From the NCBI GenBank assembly GCA_036557365.1, contig DATBHR010000099.1, forward strand, positions 340-64,339: DNA of 64,000 nucleotides, read 5' to 3'. Source of the DNA: Vicinamibacterales bacterium. Its GTDB lineage: Bacteria > Acidobacteriota > Vicinamibacteria > Vicinamibacterales > CAVVIG01. The position numbers were made by a program, and so were the translations under genes. Below the pieces are notes generated by a model, which did not search any database, had not been told where the DNA came from, and was given only the letters and a program-made list of their open reading frames with translations. Positions 16,560 to 25,701 of the stretch are shown here, in pieces. Every line of letters begins with the position of its first letter. Position 1 is the first letter of the stretch.

Positions 16560-18655
16560 ACACTACGCACTCGTTGTTGATCAAGGGTCTGCTCGCCGCC
16601 GGCCTGGCCGCCGGCATCGCCGGTGTGGTGCCGGCATGCGCGACATCGCAAGGCACTTCGTCGGCCCCGGCCGCGTCGCCGGCGCCGCCGCCAGCTCCCG
16701 CGCCCGCCGCGGCGCCTGCGCCGGCAGCGCCTGCCGCGACGCCAGCGCCAGCGGCTGCTGCAGCCCCGGCGCCCGCCGCCGCACCTGCTGCGCCAGCACC
16801 CGCCGCCGCTCCGACGATGGCCGAAGCTGCGCCTGCCGGTCGCGGTGCCGCGCCCGCGCCTCCACCTCCGCCGCCGCCTCCGCCGCCGAACGTCATGCCC
16901 AAGCCGGTCGATCCCGTCGTCGGTGCGACGGCGCCGACGCCCGACCCGCGACCGAACCTGAAGCCGGGCCGATGGGACGCGGGCGAAGCGGCGTGGAACA
17001 TGCGCATGCTGTCGACGACGCCGCCAAAGGGGAAGACGCTGGGCTCCACGCACTCCGACCTGGCGTTCTCGGGCAACCTGGTCATCCAGGGCAACTACAA
17101 CGGTTTCGACATCTACGACATCAGCAACCCGTCAAAGCCGGTGCTGATGCAGACGTACCTCTGTCCCGCGTCGCAGAACGACGTGTCCGTGTACCGCAAC
17201 CTGCTCTTCATGTCGTCGGAAGCGACGAACAGCCGCGAGGACTGCGGCTTCGAAGGCGTTCCCGAACCGGTGAGCAAGCTGCGCGTGCGCGGCATCCGCG
17301 TGTTCGACATCGCCGATCCGCGCCATCCCAAGCTGGTGACGACCGTCCAGACGTGCCGCGGTTCGCACACGCACACGGTGGTTCCGAAGATCGGCGACGA
17401 CACGAACGTCTACATCTATGTGTCGGGCACGGCGGGCGTGCGCTCCGCGGAGGAAGTGCCCGGCTGCGCGGACGGCGGCATCGACGACCCGAACACGGCG
17501 CGCTTCCGGCTCGAAGTGATCAAGGTTCCGGTGAAGACGCCGCTGCAGGCTGCGATCATCAGCTCGCCCCGCATCTTCCAGGGCCTGCCGGTGCCGCCGG
17601 TCAACGAGGAGCGCAACGCCTCCGACCAGCGCGATCGCGAGGCCGCGGCGGCTGCTGCGGCGGCGCGCGGCGAGCCGGCTCGCGGCGGCGGTCCGGGACG
17701 CGGCCGCGGCAACCAGACGCCCACCGGCCCGAACCAGTGCCACGACATCACCGTGTATCCGGAAATCGGTCTCGCCGGCGGCGCCTGCGCCGGCCTCGGG
17801 CTGCTGCTCGACATCCGCGATCCGGAGCACCCGGTGCGCATCGACGCGGTCGCCGATCCGAACATGTCGTTCTGGCACTCGGCGACGTTCAACAACGACG
17901 GCACCAAGCTGCTGTTCAGCGACGAGTGGGGCGGCGGCGGCCAGCCGCGCTGCCGCGTCACCGACAAGCTGGAATGGGGTTCGGACGCGCTCTTCACTAT
18001 CGAGAACAACAAGCTCAAGTTTCACTCGTACTACAAGCTGCCGGCCCCGCAGTCGTCGCTCGAGAATTGCGTCGCGCACAACGGCTCGCTCATCCCGATC
18101 CCCGGCCGCGACGTGATGGTGCAGTCGTGGTATCAGGGCGGCTTGTCCGTGTTCGACTGGACCGACATCGATCACCCGAAGGAGATCGCCTACTTCGACC
18201 GCGGTCCGGTGGACGGCGGCCGCATGATGATGGGCGGCTCGTGGTCCGCGTACTGGTACAACGGCGTCATCGTCAGCTCGGAGATCGCGCGCGGCCTCGA
18301 CATCTACGAGCTCGTGGCCAACGGTCTGATCTCCGAGAACGAGATTGCCGCGGCGAAGACGGTGCGGATGCCGTACTGGAACACGCAGGATCAGCAGAAG
18401 CTGGTGTGGGCGCCGAGCTTCGTGCTCGCGCGCGCCTATCTCGATCAGCTCGCGCGGACGAACGGGCTGCCGGCGGATCAGATCGCCGCGGCGCGCACGA
18501 CGCTTGCGAGCGCCGAGCGCCGCTCGGGCAACGAGCGCCGCACCGCGCTGACGCAGCTCGCGTCGCAGTTGAACGCCGCCGCGGGCGGATCGGGCGACCA
18601 GGCGAAGGTCAAGATGCTGTCGTCGACCGTGACCGATCTGGCCAACGGGCGCTGA
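16556..18655 (+). CDS. LVIVD-repeat beta-propeller lipoprotein with a long Ala/Pro linker
   Basis: The start overlaps the DUF305 stop (ATGA). A lipobox-like VVPAC is present. Repeats of the GNLVIQGNYNGFDIYDISNPSKP, GIRVFDIADPRHPK and GLDIYEL type match LVIVD repeats as I recall them. Confidence 0.6.
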   Translation: MNTTHSLLIKGLLAAGLAAGIAGVVPACATSQGTSSAPAASPAPPPAPAPAAAPAPAAPAATPAPAAAAAPAPAAAPAAPAPAAAPTMAEAAPAGRGAAPAPPPPPPPPPPNVMPKPVDPVVGATAPTPDPRPNLKPGRWDAGEAAWNMRMLSTTPPKGKTLGSTHSDLAFSGNLVIQGNYNGFDIYDISNPSKPVLMQTYLCPASQNDVSVYRNLLFMSSEATNSREDCGFEGVPEPVSKLRVRGIRVFDIADPRHPKLVTTVQTCRGSHTHTVVPKIGDDTNVYIYVSGTAGVRSAEEVPGCADGGIDDPNTARFRLEVIKVPVKTPLQAAIISSPRIFQGLPVPPVNEERNASDQRDREAAAAAAAARGEPARGGGPGRGRGNQTPTGPNQCHDITVYPEIGLAGGACAGLGLLLDIRDPEHPVRIDAVADPNMSFWHSATFNNDGTKLLFSDEWGGGGQPRCRVTDKLEWGSDALFTIENNKLKFHSYYKLPAPQSSLENCVAHNGSLIPIPGRDVMVQSWYQGGLSVFDWTDIDHPKEIAYFDRGPVDGGRMMMGGSWSAYWYNGVIVSSEIARGLDIYELVANGLISENEIAAAKTVRMPYWNTQDQQKLVWAPSFVLARAYLDQLARTNGLPADQIAAARTTLASAERRSGNERRTALTQLASQLNAAAGGSGDQAKVKMLSSTVTDLANGR
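16664..16888 (+). repeat. coding low-complexity tract: about 75 codons of almost pure Ala/Pro, ending in Pro11
   Basis: The translated tract is APAASPAPPPAPAPAAAPAPAAPAATPAPAAAAAPAPAAAPAAPAPAAAPTMAEAAPAGRGAAPAPPPPPPPPPPP. At the DNA level it is a degenerate (GCN/CCN)n array. Confidence 0.9.
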
Positions 18656-18741
18656 CGTACCGACGAGTACGTGAGCCCCTGTGCCAGACACCGGGCGCTG
18701 CGCTCTCGACGAGGCGTGTGCGCGCACCGGCCGGACCCGCA

Positions 18742-18935
18742 GTGAAGCTGGCCCGCGACGCGCTCCGGCGGCAGCTCGCGCTCTTGCGGTTCGAACGTTT
18801 GCGCAAACGCACGCTGCCGTTCGCTGAGTCGCAGGGCTACCTCACGGATGAAGACGTCTTTCGCGACGTGTCGTGAAGGTCTTCTTCGACACGAATGTGC
18901 TGGTCGCTGCGTTGCCACGCGGGGGTTGTGCGCGC
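18742..18935 (+). pseudogene. degraded toxin-antitoxin remnant (short antitoxin-like ORF plus truncated PIN toxin start)
   Basis: VKLARDALRRQLALLRFERLRKRTLPFAESQGYLTDEDVFRDVS ends at 18876. It overlaps GTGA with MKVFFDTNVLVAAL (a canonical PIN N-terminus), which then degenerates into PRGGCARGPGPGS. On the opposite strand, ERTIIVSLADEQYRKLLVEVAD looks like an RHH antitoxin N-terminus truncated at the same GPGPG junction. Confidence 0.3.
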
Positions 18936-19162
18936 GGACCCGGTCCCGGGTCGGCCACCTCCACCAGCAGCTTCCGGTACTGTTCGTCCGCCAGGCTCAC
19001 GATGATGGTCCGCTCGGGATGGCGGACATCCCACCGTGCCACCAGCTGCCGACCTGATCGGGATCGTGCTCGACGTTCGTGATGTACGCGAGCGGGATCG
19101 TCAGCTCGCTTCGATCCCCTTCGCGCATCGCATGGCCGCAGACATGAGATCATCGCGGCGCC

Positions 19163-21499
19163 ATGAAATCGCACGTCCTCCGCCGTCTCGCGCTGTCGCT
19201 GCTGCTCGCCACGCCCGTTCTCGTGTCGGCACAGCAGCCGTCGCCGTCCGCAGGCGTCGCCGCGGCTGGCGACATGATCGACCGCATTTTCGCCGCGCGC
19301 GAATTTTCGCCGCGGCCCTCGCCGCAGCCGCAATGGTTCGACGGCGGCGCGTCGTACTTGCTGGTCGAACCCGCCGGCAGCGGCGCCGGACAGGTGAACG
19401 TCGTCAGGTACGATAGCACCACGGGCGCGAAGCGCGACGTGCTGATCACGCCGGCCCAGCTCACGCCCGCCGGCGCATCCGCGCCGCTCGACATCGCCGA
19501 CCTGTCGTGGTCGCGCGACGGCCAGCGCGTGCTCGTGTTCACGAACACCCGCCGCGTGTGGCGAACGAATTCCCGCGGCGACTACTGGCTACTCGACCGG
19601 CGCGTCGGCGCGATCAGAAAGATCGGCGGCGACGCGCCCGAAGCCTCGTTGATGTACGCGAAGTTCAGCCCGGACGCGACGAAGGTCGCCTACGTGCGGC
19701 AGAACGATCTGTACGTCGAGGACCTGTCGACCGGCGCGGCGACGCGGCTGACGCACGACGGCACCGATCTCGTCGTCAACGGCGGCTCGGACTGGGTCAA
19801 CGAAGAAGAGCTCGATCTGCACGACTGCTACACATGGAGTCCGGACGGCGCGCACATCGCGTTCTGGCAGTTCGACATGCACGGCGTCGGCGACTTTGCG
19901 CTCGAGTACTATCTCGGGAAAGATCGGCAGATCGTCACGCACATTCCGTATCCGCAGAACGGACCGTATCCGATCGTCGCCAACATCCCGTACCCGCTCG
20001 CCGGCACCACGAACTCGTCCGTGCGCGTCGGCGTCGTCGCAACCGGCGGCGGCGGTGCCGTGGCCTGGATGGCGCTTCCGGGCGATCCGCGCGAGCACTA
20101 CGTCGCGCGGATGCAATGGGCCGATGCGCGCACGCTGCTCGTCCAGCAGCTGAATCGATTGCAGAACACCCACCGTCTGTTCCTGGCCGAGGCCGGGACC
20201 GGATCCGTGCGCCAGATGTGGATGGATCATGACGATGCGTTCATCACGATCGGCTTCGGCGGGCTGCTCGAAGCGCGCCCGATCCGCGACGGCGCCGAGT
20301 TCCTCGTAAGGTCGGAGAAAGACGGCTGGATGCACGTGTACCGCGTGACGCGGGACGGCCAGGAGACGCTGCTCACGCGCGGCGAGATGGACGCTGTGTC
20401 CGTGGCCGGCGTCGACGAGACGCGCGGCTTGCTGTACTTCGTCGCCTCGCCGGAGAACGCGACGCAGCGGTACCTGTACCGCACGTCCCTCGACGGGAAA
20501 GCGACTCCCGAACGCGTCACGCCGCGGACGTTCGCGGGCTCGAACACGTACGATGTCTCGCCCGACGGCCGTTACGCGTTTCACCGCTTTTCGAGCTTCG
20601 ACGATCCCGGCATCCGCGAGCTGGTCGCCCTTCCGGATCATCGCGTGGTGACGGTCACCGACGACAACGACGCGCTGAAGCAGAAAGTCGCGGCCCTCGT
20701 CAAACCGCCGGTCGAATACTTCAAGGCCAACGCGGGAGACAGCGTCGTCGTCGACGGCTTCATGCTGAAGCCTCCCGATTTCGTCGCGTCGAAGCGTTAC
20801 CCGGTGCTCGTGCAGGTCTACGGTGAACCTGCAGGACAGACGGTCGAAGATCGCTGGGGCGGACCGACGACGCTTTTTCATCGTTATCTGGCGAGCCTGG
20901 GTTATCTCGTCGTGAGCTTCGACAACGCCGGCACGCCGGCGCCGCGCGGGCGCGCGTGGCGCAAGGCTGTCTACGGCGCGGTGGGCGTTCTGTCATCGCA
21001 GCAGCAGGCCGAGGCGCTCCGGTCGCTCGGCGCGAATCGCTCGTACGTGGATCTCGATCGCGTGGCCGTGTGGGGCTGGAGCGGCGGTGGCACGAACACG
21101 TTGAACCTCATGTTTCGATCGCCGCAGCTGTACAAGGTCGGAATGGCCGTGGCGCCTGTGCCCGATCAGCGCCTGTACGACAGCATCTATCAGGAACGCT
21201 ACATGGGTCTGCCCGGCGCCAATGCCGACGGATACCGGCAGGGCTCGGCGATCAACTTTGCGGAAGGACTGAAAGGCGACTTGCTGATCGTGCACGGCTC
21301 AGGCGACGACAACGTCCATTACCAGGGCACCGAGCTCCTGGTGAACCGGCTGATCGAGCTCGGCAAGCCCTTCGATTTCATGACCTATCCGGATCGCACG
21401 CACGCCATCTCGGAAGGGCCGGGCACGTCGTCGCACCTCTATCACCTGCTGACGCGATACCTGACGACGCACCTGCCGGCGGGGCCGAACATGCAATGA
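19163..21499 (+). CDS. S9-family serine peptidase, dipeptidyl-peptidase IV-like
   Basis: It has a signal peptide, an N-terminal DPP-IV-type propeller (WSRDGQRVLVFTN, KFSPDATKVAYV, WSPDGAHIAFWQ) and a C-terminal catalytic domain with VWGWSGGG, GSGDDNVHYQ and PDRTHAI. Confidence 0.85.
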   Translation: MKSHVLRRLALSLLLATPVLVSAQQPSPSAGVAAAGDMIDRIFAAREFSPRPSPQPQWFDGGASYLLVEPAGSGAGQVNVVRYDSTTGAKRDVLITPAQLTPAGASAPLDIADLSWSRDGQRVLVFTNTRRVWRTNSRGDYWLLDRRVGAIRKIGGDAPEASLMYAKFSPDATKVAYVRQNDLYVEDLSTGAATRLTHDGTDLVVNGGSDWVNEEELDLHDCYTWSPDGAHIAFWQFDMHGVGDFALEYYLGKDRQIVTHIPYPQNGPYPIVANIPYPLAGTTNSSVRVGVVATGGGGAVAWMALPGDPREHYVARMQWADARTLLVQQLNRLQNTHRLFLAEAGTGSVRQMWMDHDDAFITIGFGGLLEARPIRDGAEFLVRSEKDGWMHVYRVTRDGQETLLTRGEMDAVSVAGVDETRGLLYFVASPENATQRYLYRTSLDGKATPERVTPRTFAGSNTYDVSPDGRYAFHRFSSFDDPGIRELVALPDHRVVTVTDDNDALKQKVAALVKPPVEYFKANAGDSVVVDGFMLKPPDFVASKRYPVLVQVYGEPAGQTVEDRWGGPTTLFHRYLASLGYLVVSFDNAGTPAPRGRAWRKAVYGAVGVLSSQQQAEALRSLGANRSYVDLDRVAVWGWSGGGTNTLNLMFRSPQLYKVGMAVAPVPDQRLYDSIYQERYMGLPGANADGYRQGSAINFAEGLKGDLLIVHGSGDDNVHYQGTELLVNRLIELGKPFDFMTYPDRTHAISEGPGTSSHLYHLLTRYLTTHLPAGPNMQ

Positions 21500-21545
21500 A
21501 CCGTACTCGGCAGTTTCCTCTTCGAGTGGCTCATCCGTGACGAGT

Positions 21546-21569
21546 GATGAGCTCCCCCAAAAGCTCATC
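21546..21569 (+). other. stem-loop GATGAGCT-N8-AGCTCATC between the dpp-like gene and pgaA, with a competing upstream partner GCTCATC at 21529-21535
   Basis: An 8-bp perfect stem is read directly from the sequence. There is no U-tract, so it is not a classical intrinsic terminator. Confidence 0.25.
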
Positions 21570-21607
21570 GCCCGGAGCCCAACCCAGCGCTAAGATGCCG
21601 TCGGGAA

Positions 21608-23962
21608 ATGAATCGGGCATTGCCGGCCGATCTCATCAGGCCGCTGCGCTGGTCGCTCATCGTCGTGCTCGTTATCTCGTCCTGTGAAAGCACGTTGGCG
21701 CAGACGCGTGAGCAGGCAGTCGCCGAGGCGCGAAGCGGACGCGTCGAGGAAGGCATCTCAGCACTTCGCGCCCTGATCGCCGCGGGCGACACGTCACCGG
21801 GCACCGCCTACGATCTCGCGGTCCTGCTCACGTGGGCAAAGCGGCCGCAGGAAGCGACGCAGGTCTTCGAGCAGGCAGAGTCCGGCAAACCTGAGCAGGC
21901 AGAGACCGACGCGCCCGAGTACGTGCTGCTGGCGATCACGCGCGCTTACTGGGACCAGCGGCGGTATGTCGAAGCTGAGCGAATGGCGACGGGCGGACTC
22001 GCGGCGTTTCCGGCGAGCGCAGACTGGACCAAGCTGTTTGGCCTGATCGCCGGCGAGAAGGCGGATCGCTCCGGGGACATGTACACGGCGCTGCGCTACT
22101 ACGGCGATGCGATGCGCCAGGTTCCCGACGACCGGGATCTCGAGAATGCCGCCGCCGGATTGCTCGCACGCCTGGGCGCGCCGTATGCGGCGGCGTCGGT
22201 CCTCGGGCGGCCCGACACGGGCCTCGACGCGCAAAAAGCTGCGACGATGGTGCGCTGGGGCGATCAGGTGCACCCACCCGAACCCGAGCTGCGTTTCGCG
22301 GGAACCGATGCGGCGCTCGCCAGGCTCGATGAATTGATCGCCGAAGCATCGGCCGCGAAGCCGCCCGACGCCGGCTTGCTCGCGCGCCTTCGGCGGGACC
22401 GCGTCGTGGCCTTGCGCGATCGTGAGCGGTGGTCCGATGCGGTGGCGCAGGCGGACGCGCTGCGACGCGAGGAGATTCCGCTTCCGATCTACGTGCGGCT
22501 GGCCGAAGCCGACTCGCTGCTGGCGCTTCGTCGTCCGTCGGAGGCGCGCGCGGCGTTCCAGGAAGTCATCGACGCCGATCCGCAAAATCCTGGCGCGCTG
22601 ATCGGACGGTTCTACGCGGAGGTCGAGGACGAAGATTTCCAGGCAGCGTTCGCCACCGTGGATACGCTGGCCGCGAAACAGAGTCCGACGAACCGGTCGA
22701 GCAACGCGGCCGTCGTCCTCCCCAACCCGGACTGGCTGGGCGATCGCATCACGGCGGGGCAGGCGCGCAATTACGCCGAGATGAACGCCGATGCGTGGCG
22801 GCGGCTTTACCCGCTTTCGCAGGAGGCGCCGGGGCTCGGATACTTGCGTGCCGCCATCGGATCGGTCGCGGCAGCGCGGGGTTGGCCTCGCCTTGCCGCG
22901 GAAGAAGTGGAAATCGCCGCGACGCTCGCGCCCGACGATCTCGGCGGGCAGGTCGCCCTCGCCGAATCTGCGCTTCAGCGGCGCAAGTATGCGGAGGCGC
23001 GGAAGCGCGCCGCAGATCTCGAGCGGCTCTATCCGGAGAACGCATCCGTCCAGCGGCTCGTGAGAGACGTCGACTCGTTCGATCGGTTCGAGTTCCGGAC
23101 GGAATCGCATACCTACACCGAGCGCGGCAACGTCCTCACCGATGCGCCCGGCGACGGATTCGACACGATCAACCGGCTCTATTCGCCGCCGATCGCGAAC
23201 AACTGGCGGCTCGTGGGCGGGTTCGATGCCTCGTACGCGCAGCCCGAAGAAGGTCCGGTCAACCGCTACCGCATCGGAGGCGGGCTCGAATGGCGCATTC
23301 CGAACCTCACGGTCGAAGCGACCGGCTGGGGCAATACTGGAGGCCTGAACCGCGGCAGCGCGGCCGTCGTCGCCAGCTGGTCGCCGACCGACCACTGGAC
23401 GTTCGGCGCCGATGCCGAACTGTATTCGGTCGAGACGCCGTTGCGCGCGGTGCTGAATGGCATCACCGGAAACTCGGCGCGCGTCAGCGCCGGCTATGAC
23501 TGGCACGAATCCACCGGATGGGCGGCGAACGTCGGCGTCGTCGATTTCTCCGACGGCAACCAGCGCGTGTCCGGCGGCTTCCATTTCGTGCAGCGGCTCG
23601 CAGACCGTCCGCACCTGAAGTTGACCCTGCGTCCAGAACTCTACGCGTCCGGCAACACGAAGGCGGACGCGCCGTACTTCAACCCGTCGCGCGACGTCTC
23701 GTTTGTGCCCGGCCTCGACCTGACGCACATCATCTGGCGCCGCTACGAACACAGTTTCAGCCAGCACGTGAGCGGCGGTGTGGGTGCTTACTGGCAGCAG
23801 ACCTTTGGAACCGGTGCGATCGTCACGGCGACGTACGAGCAGATCTACGGCGTGAGTCCGAACACCGATCTGCACTACGGCGCCACCTATGCGAGGCGTC
23901 TCTACGACGGCGAGTCGGTCAATTCGATCGCCTTGCTGCTCGGCCTCTCGCGGAAGTTCTGA
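21608..23962 (+). CDS. pgaA: poly-beta-1,6-N-acetyl-D-glucosamine export porin PgaA
   Basis: It has a signal peptide, an N-terminal TPR-like region and a C-terminal beta-barrel-like alternating pattern that ends ...LLLGLSRKF (terminal Phe). It lies immediately upstream of pgaBCD. Confidence 0.8.
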   Translation: MNRALPADLIRPLRWSLIVVLVISSCESTLAQTREQAVAEARSGRVEEGISALRALIAAGDTSPGTAYDLAVLLTWAKRPQEATQVFEQAESGKPEQAETDAPEYVLLAITRAYWDQRRYVEAERMATGGLAAFPASADWTKLFGLIAGEKADRSGDMYTALRYYGDAMRQVPDDRDLENAAAGLLARLGAPYAAASVLGRPDTGLDAQKAATMVRWGDQVHPPEPELRFAGTDAALARLDELIAEASAAKPPDAGLLARLRRDRVVALRDRERWSDAVAQADALRREEIPLPIYVRLAEADSLLALRRPSEARAAFQEVIDADPQNPGALIGRFYAEVEDEDFQAAFATVDTLAAKQSPTNRSSNAAVVLPNPDWLGDRITAGQARNYAEMNADAWRRLYPLSQEAPGLGYLRAAIGSVAAARGWPRLAAEEVEIAATLAPDDLGGQVALAESALQRRKYAEARKRAADLERLYPENASVQRLVRDVDSFDRFEFRTESHTYTERGNVLTDAPGDGFDTINRLYSPPIANNWRLVGGFDASYAQPEEGPVNRYRIGGGLEWRIPNLTVEATGWGNTGGLNRGSAAVVASWSPTDHWTFGADAELYSVETPLRAVLNGITGNSARVSAGYDWHESTGWAANVGVVDFSDGNQRVSGGFHFVQRLADRPHLKLTLRPELYASGNTKADAPYFNPSRDVSFVPGLDLTHIIWRRYEHSFSQHVSGGVGAYWQQTFGTGAIVTATYEQIYGVSPNTDLHYGATYARRLYDGESVNSIALLLGLSRKF

Positions 23963-25701
23963 TGATGCGTGGGCGACTCATCCTCGTGATCGCATTGATC
24001 GTTCCGTTGACGGCGCGCGCCAGCTTCACGTCCCGGCCGCACTACATGACCATCGCGTTCCACGACGTCGTCGATCGAGCCGGCGACGGAGACGAGAATT
24101 CGGTCACGGCGGCGAGCCTCGTCGGCTTCTTCGAATGGCTGCGCGGAAACGGCTGGACGGCGATTACGCTCGACGACATCGCACGCGCGCAATCTGGGGC
24201 GCGCGCGCTCCCAGATCGCGCGGTCCTGATTACGTTCGACGATGGCTACCGCAGCCTGTATACGAGGGTCTATCCGCTGCTGCTTGCGTACAAGCTGCCT
24301 GTCGTCGCCGCGCTGGTGGGCGCGTGGATGGAAGATGCGGCCCGGGAAACCATTCGACGGGGCGACGATCTGATCCCCGGGACGAATCGCCTGATCTCCT
24401 GGGACGAGGCCCGTGAAATGGCGCGGTCCGGGCTGGTCGAATTCGCCAGCCACAGTTACGATCTGCACCGCAGCCAGCTGGCCAATCCGCAAGGCAGCGA
24501 AATGCCGGCGGCGGCCATACGAGCGTATGCCCGCGGCGGGGGATACGAAGACGACGCATCCTACCGACGACGAATTCGAGCGGACTTCGATCGGTCGCGC
24601 GTGCTGCAGCAGAAGGAGATCGGCGTCGCGCCACGGGCATTGGTCTGGCCGTTCGGACGGTACACTCAGGCTGCCCGTGAAGAAGCCCTTGCCGCGAACT
24701 ACCAGTTCCTGCTCACGCTGGATCCGGAGCCCGGCTTCATCGAAGATCTGCCCAACGTGCCACGTCTCCTGCCGGTCGCGAATCAAGACCTGCGCGCGAT
24801 GATCAGCTTTCCCGTCGCGCCTTCGTCGGCGGTCCGTCTCGTTCGCTTGAATCCCCAGACGCTCGTGCCGACGGATGCTGCGGCGTTCGAGAAAAATCTC
24901 GGAGCCACAATCGAACGCGTGAAGAGGCTCGGCGCCACCACCGTCGTTGTCGATGCTGCATCGCCCGGAGCGCAGAATCGGCTGGAAGGCGCCTGGTTCC
25001 CGAACCGCGTGCTCCCGATGACAGCCGACGTGCTGTCCCGGATCGTCTGGCAGCTTCGCACGCGCGCGGGCGTGAACATCGCGGTGTCGCTCCCGGTGTC
25101 CAGCGCGCTCGCGACCCTCGGGAACGACGACGCGGTCGTCCGCCTGTTCGAGGATCTCGGACAGAGCGCGATGGCCGATGCGCTCCTGCTCGACCACGTG
25201 CCGGCGTTGACGGAGATCCGGTCCGACGAGTCGTCGTTCGCGCCCCGGTGGGAGGTCAGGCGGCGGCGATCCTCGCTGGACACAACGCGTCTTCCCGCCG
25301 CCGACGCGCTCGCGATGCGCGCCTTTGCTGCTTTCGAGCACGTGCGTCCCGGCACCCGCCTGTTCCTGCTGACCGACACCATCGGTGGCGCTCCGAGCGC
25401 GATCGCCGATCTGACGCTGGTGAAGACGCCGCTGCCGGAAAAGCCGTTCGAAGACGTGGTGAACCGGCTGCTGGCGGCCGGATGGATGCAGCCCGGCCGC
25501 CGATACAGTTCGGGCGTCTGGATACTCGGGCAGGCACCGCCGTCTGCGGCAGTGCTCTCGACGGACGTGCGCTTGTTTCAGCGCCGCGGCGGCGTGGCGT
25601 TCGGGTGGGAACAGGACGATCCGCTCTCCGATGAACCCAAGGCTGCGCTGGCGGCGCCCGCAGTTTCGGCCGCAACCTTTCCGCTCGTGCCGAAACAATG
25701 A
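23962..25701 (+). CDS. pgaB: poly-beta-1,6-N-acetyl-D-glucosamine N-deacetylase PgaB
   Basis: It starts MMRGRLILVIALIVPL (signal), then has the NodB-type deacetylase block AVLITFDDGYRSLYTRVYPLL and a long C-terminal glycoside-hydrolase-like domain. ATG overlaps the pgaA stop. Confidence 0.85.
   Translation: MMRGRLILVIALIVPLTARASFTSRPHYMTIAFHDVVDRAGDGDENSVTAASLVGFFEWLRGNGWTAITLDDIARAQSGARALPDRAVLITFDDGYRSLYTRVYPLLLAYKLPVVAALVGAWMEDAARETIRRGDDLIPGTNRLISWDEAREMARSGLVEFASHSYDLHRSQLANPQGSEMPAAAIRAYARGGGYEDDASYRRRIRADFDRSRVLQQKEIGVAPRALVWPFGRYTQAAREEALAANYQFLLTLDPEPGFIEDLPNVPRLLPVANQDLRAMISFPVAPSSAVRLVRLNPQTLVPTDAAAFEKNLGATIERVKRLGATTVVVDAASPGAQNRLEGAWFPNRVLPMTADVLSRIVWQLRTRAGVNIAVSLPVSSALATLGNDDAVVRLFEDLGQSAMADALLLDHVPALTEIRSDESSFAPRWEVRRRRSSLDTTRLPAADALAMRAFAAFEHVRPGTRLFLLTDTIGGAPSAIADLTLVKTPLPEKPFEDVVNRLLAAGWMQPGRRYSSGVWILGQAPPSAAVLSTDVRLFQRRGGVAFGWEQDDPLSDEPKAALAAPAVSAATFPLVPKQ

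Noticed and set aside
16664-16888. The GC-rich tandem-looking tract, considered as a non-coding tandem repeat or CRISPR-like array
   Set aside because: It has no repeat-spacer periodicity. It is in frame within the LVIVD lipoprotein and simply encodes an Ala/Pro linker.
16483-18876. A 797-aa plus-strand ORF, and the 531-aa minus-strand ORF at 17132..18727, overlapping the LVIVD gene
   Set aside because: Their translations are Arg/Ala/Gly-rich low-complexity strings typical of off-frame or antisense reading of high-GC coding DNA. The 16556..18655 frame has a signal peptide, repeats and normal composition.
21794-23875. A 693-aa minus-strand ORF antisense to pgaA. Similar long antisense ORFs occur at 23902..25749, 35769..37889, 47468..49324 and 55797..57758.
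   Set aside because: These are shadow ORFs with extreme Arg content and no recognisable motifs. In every case the opposite-strand gene carries clear family signatures.
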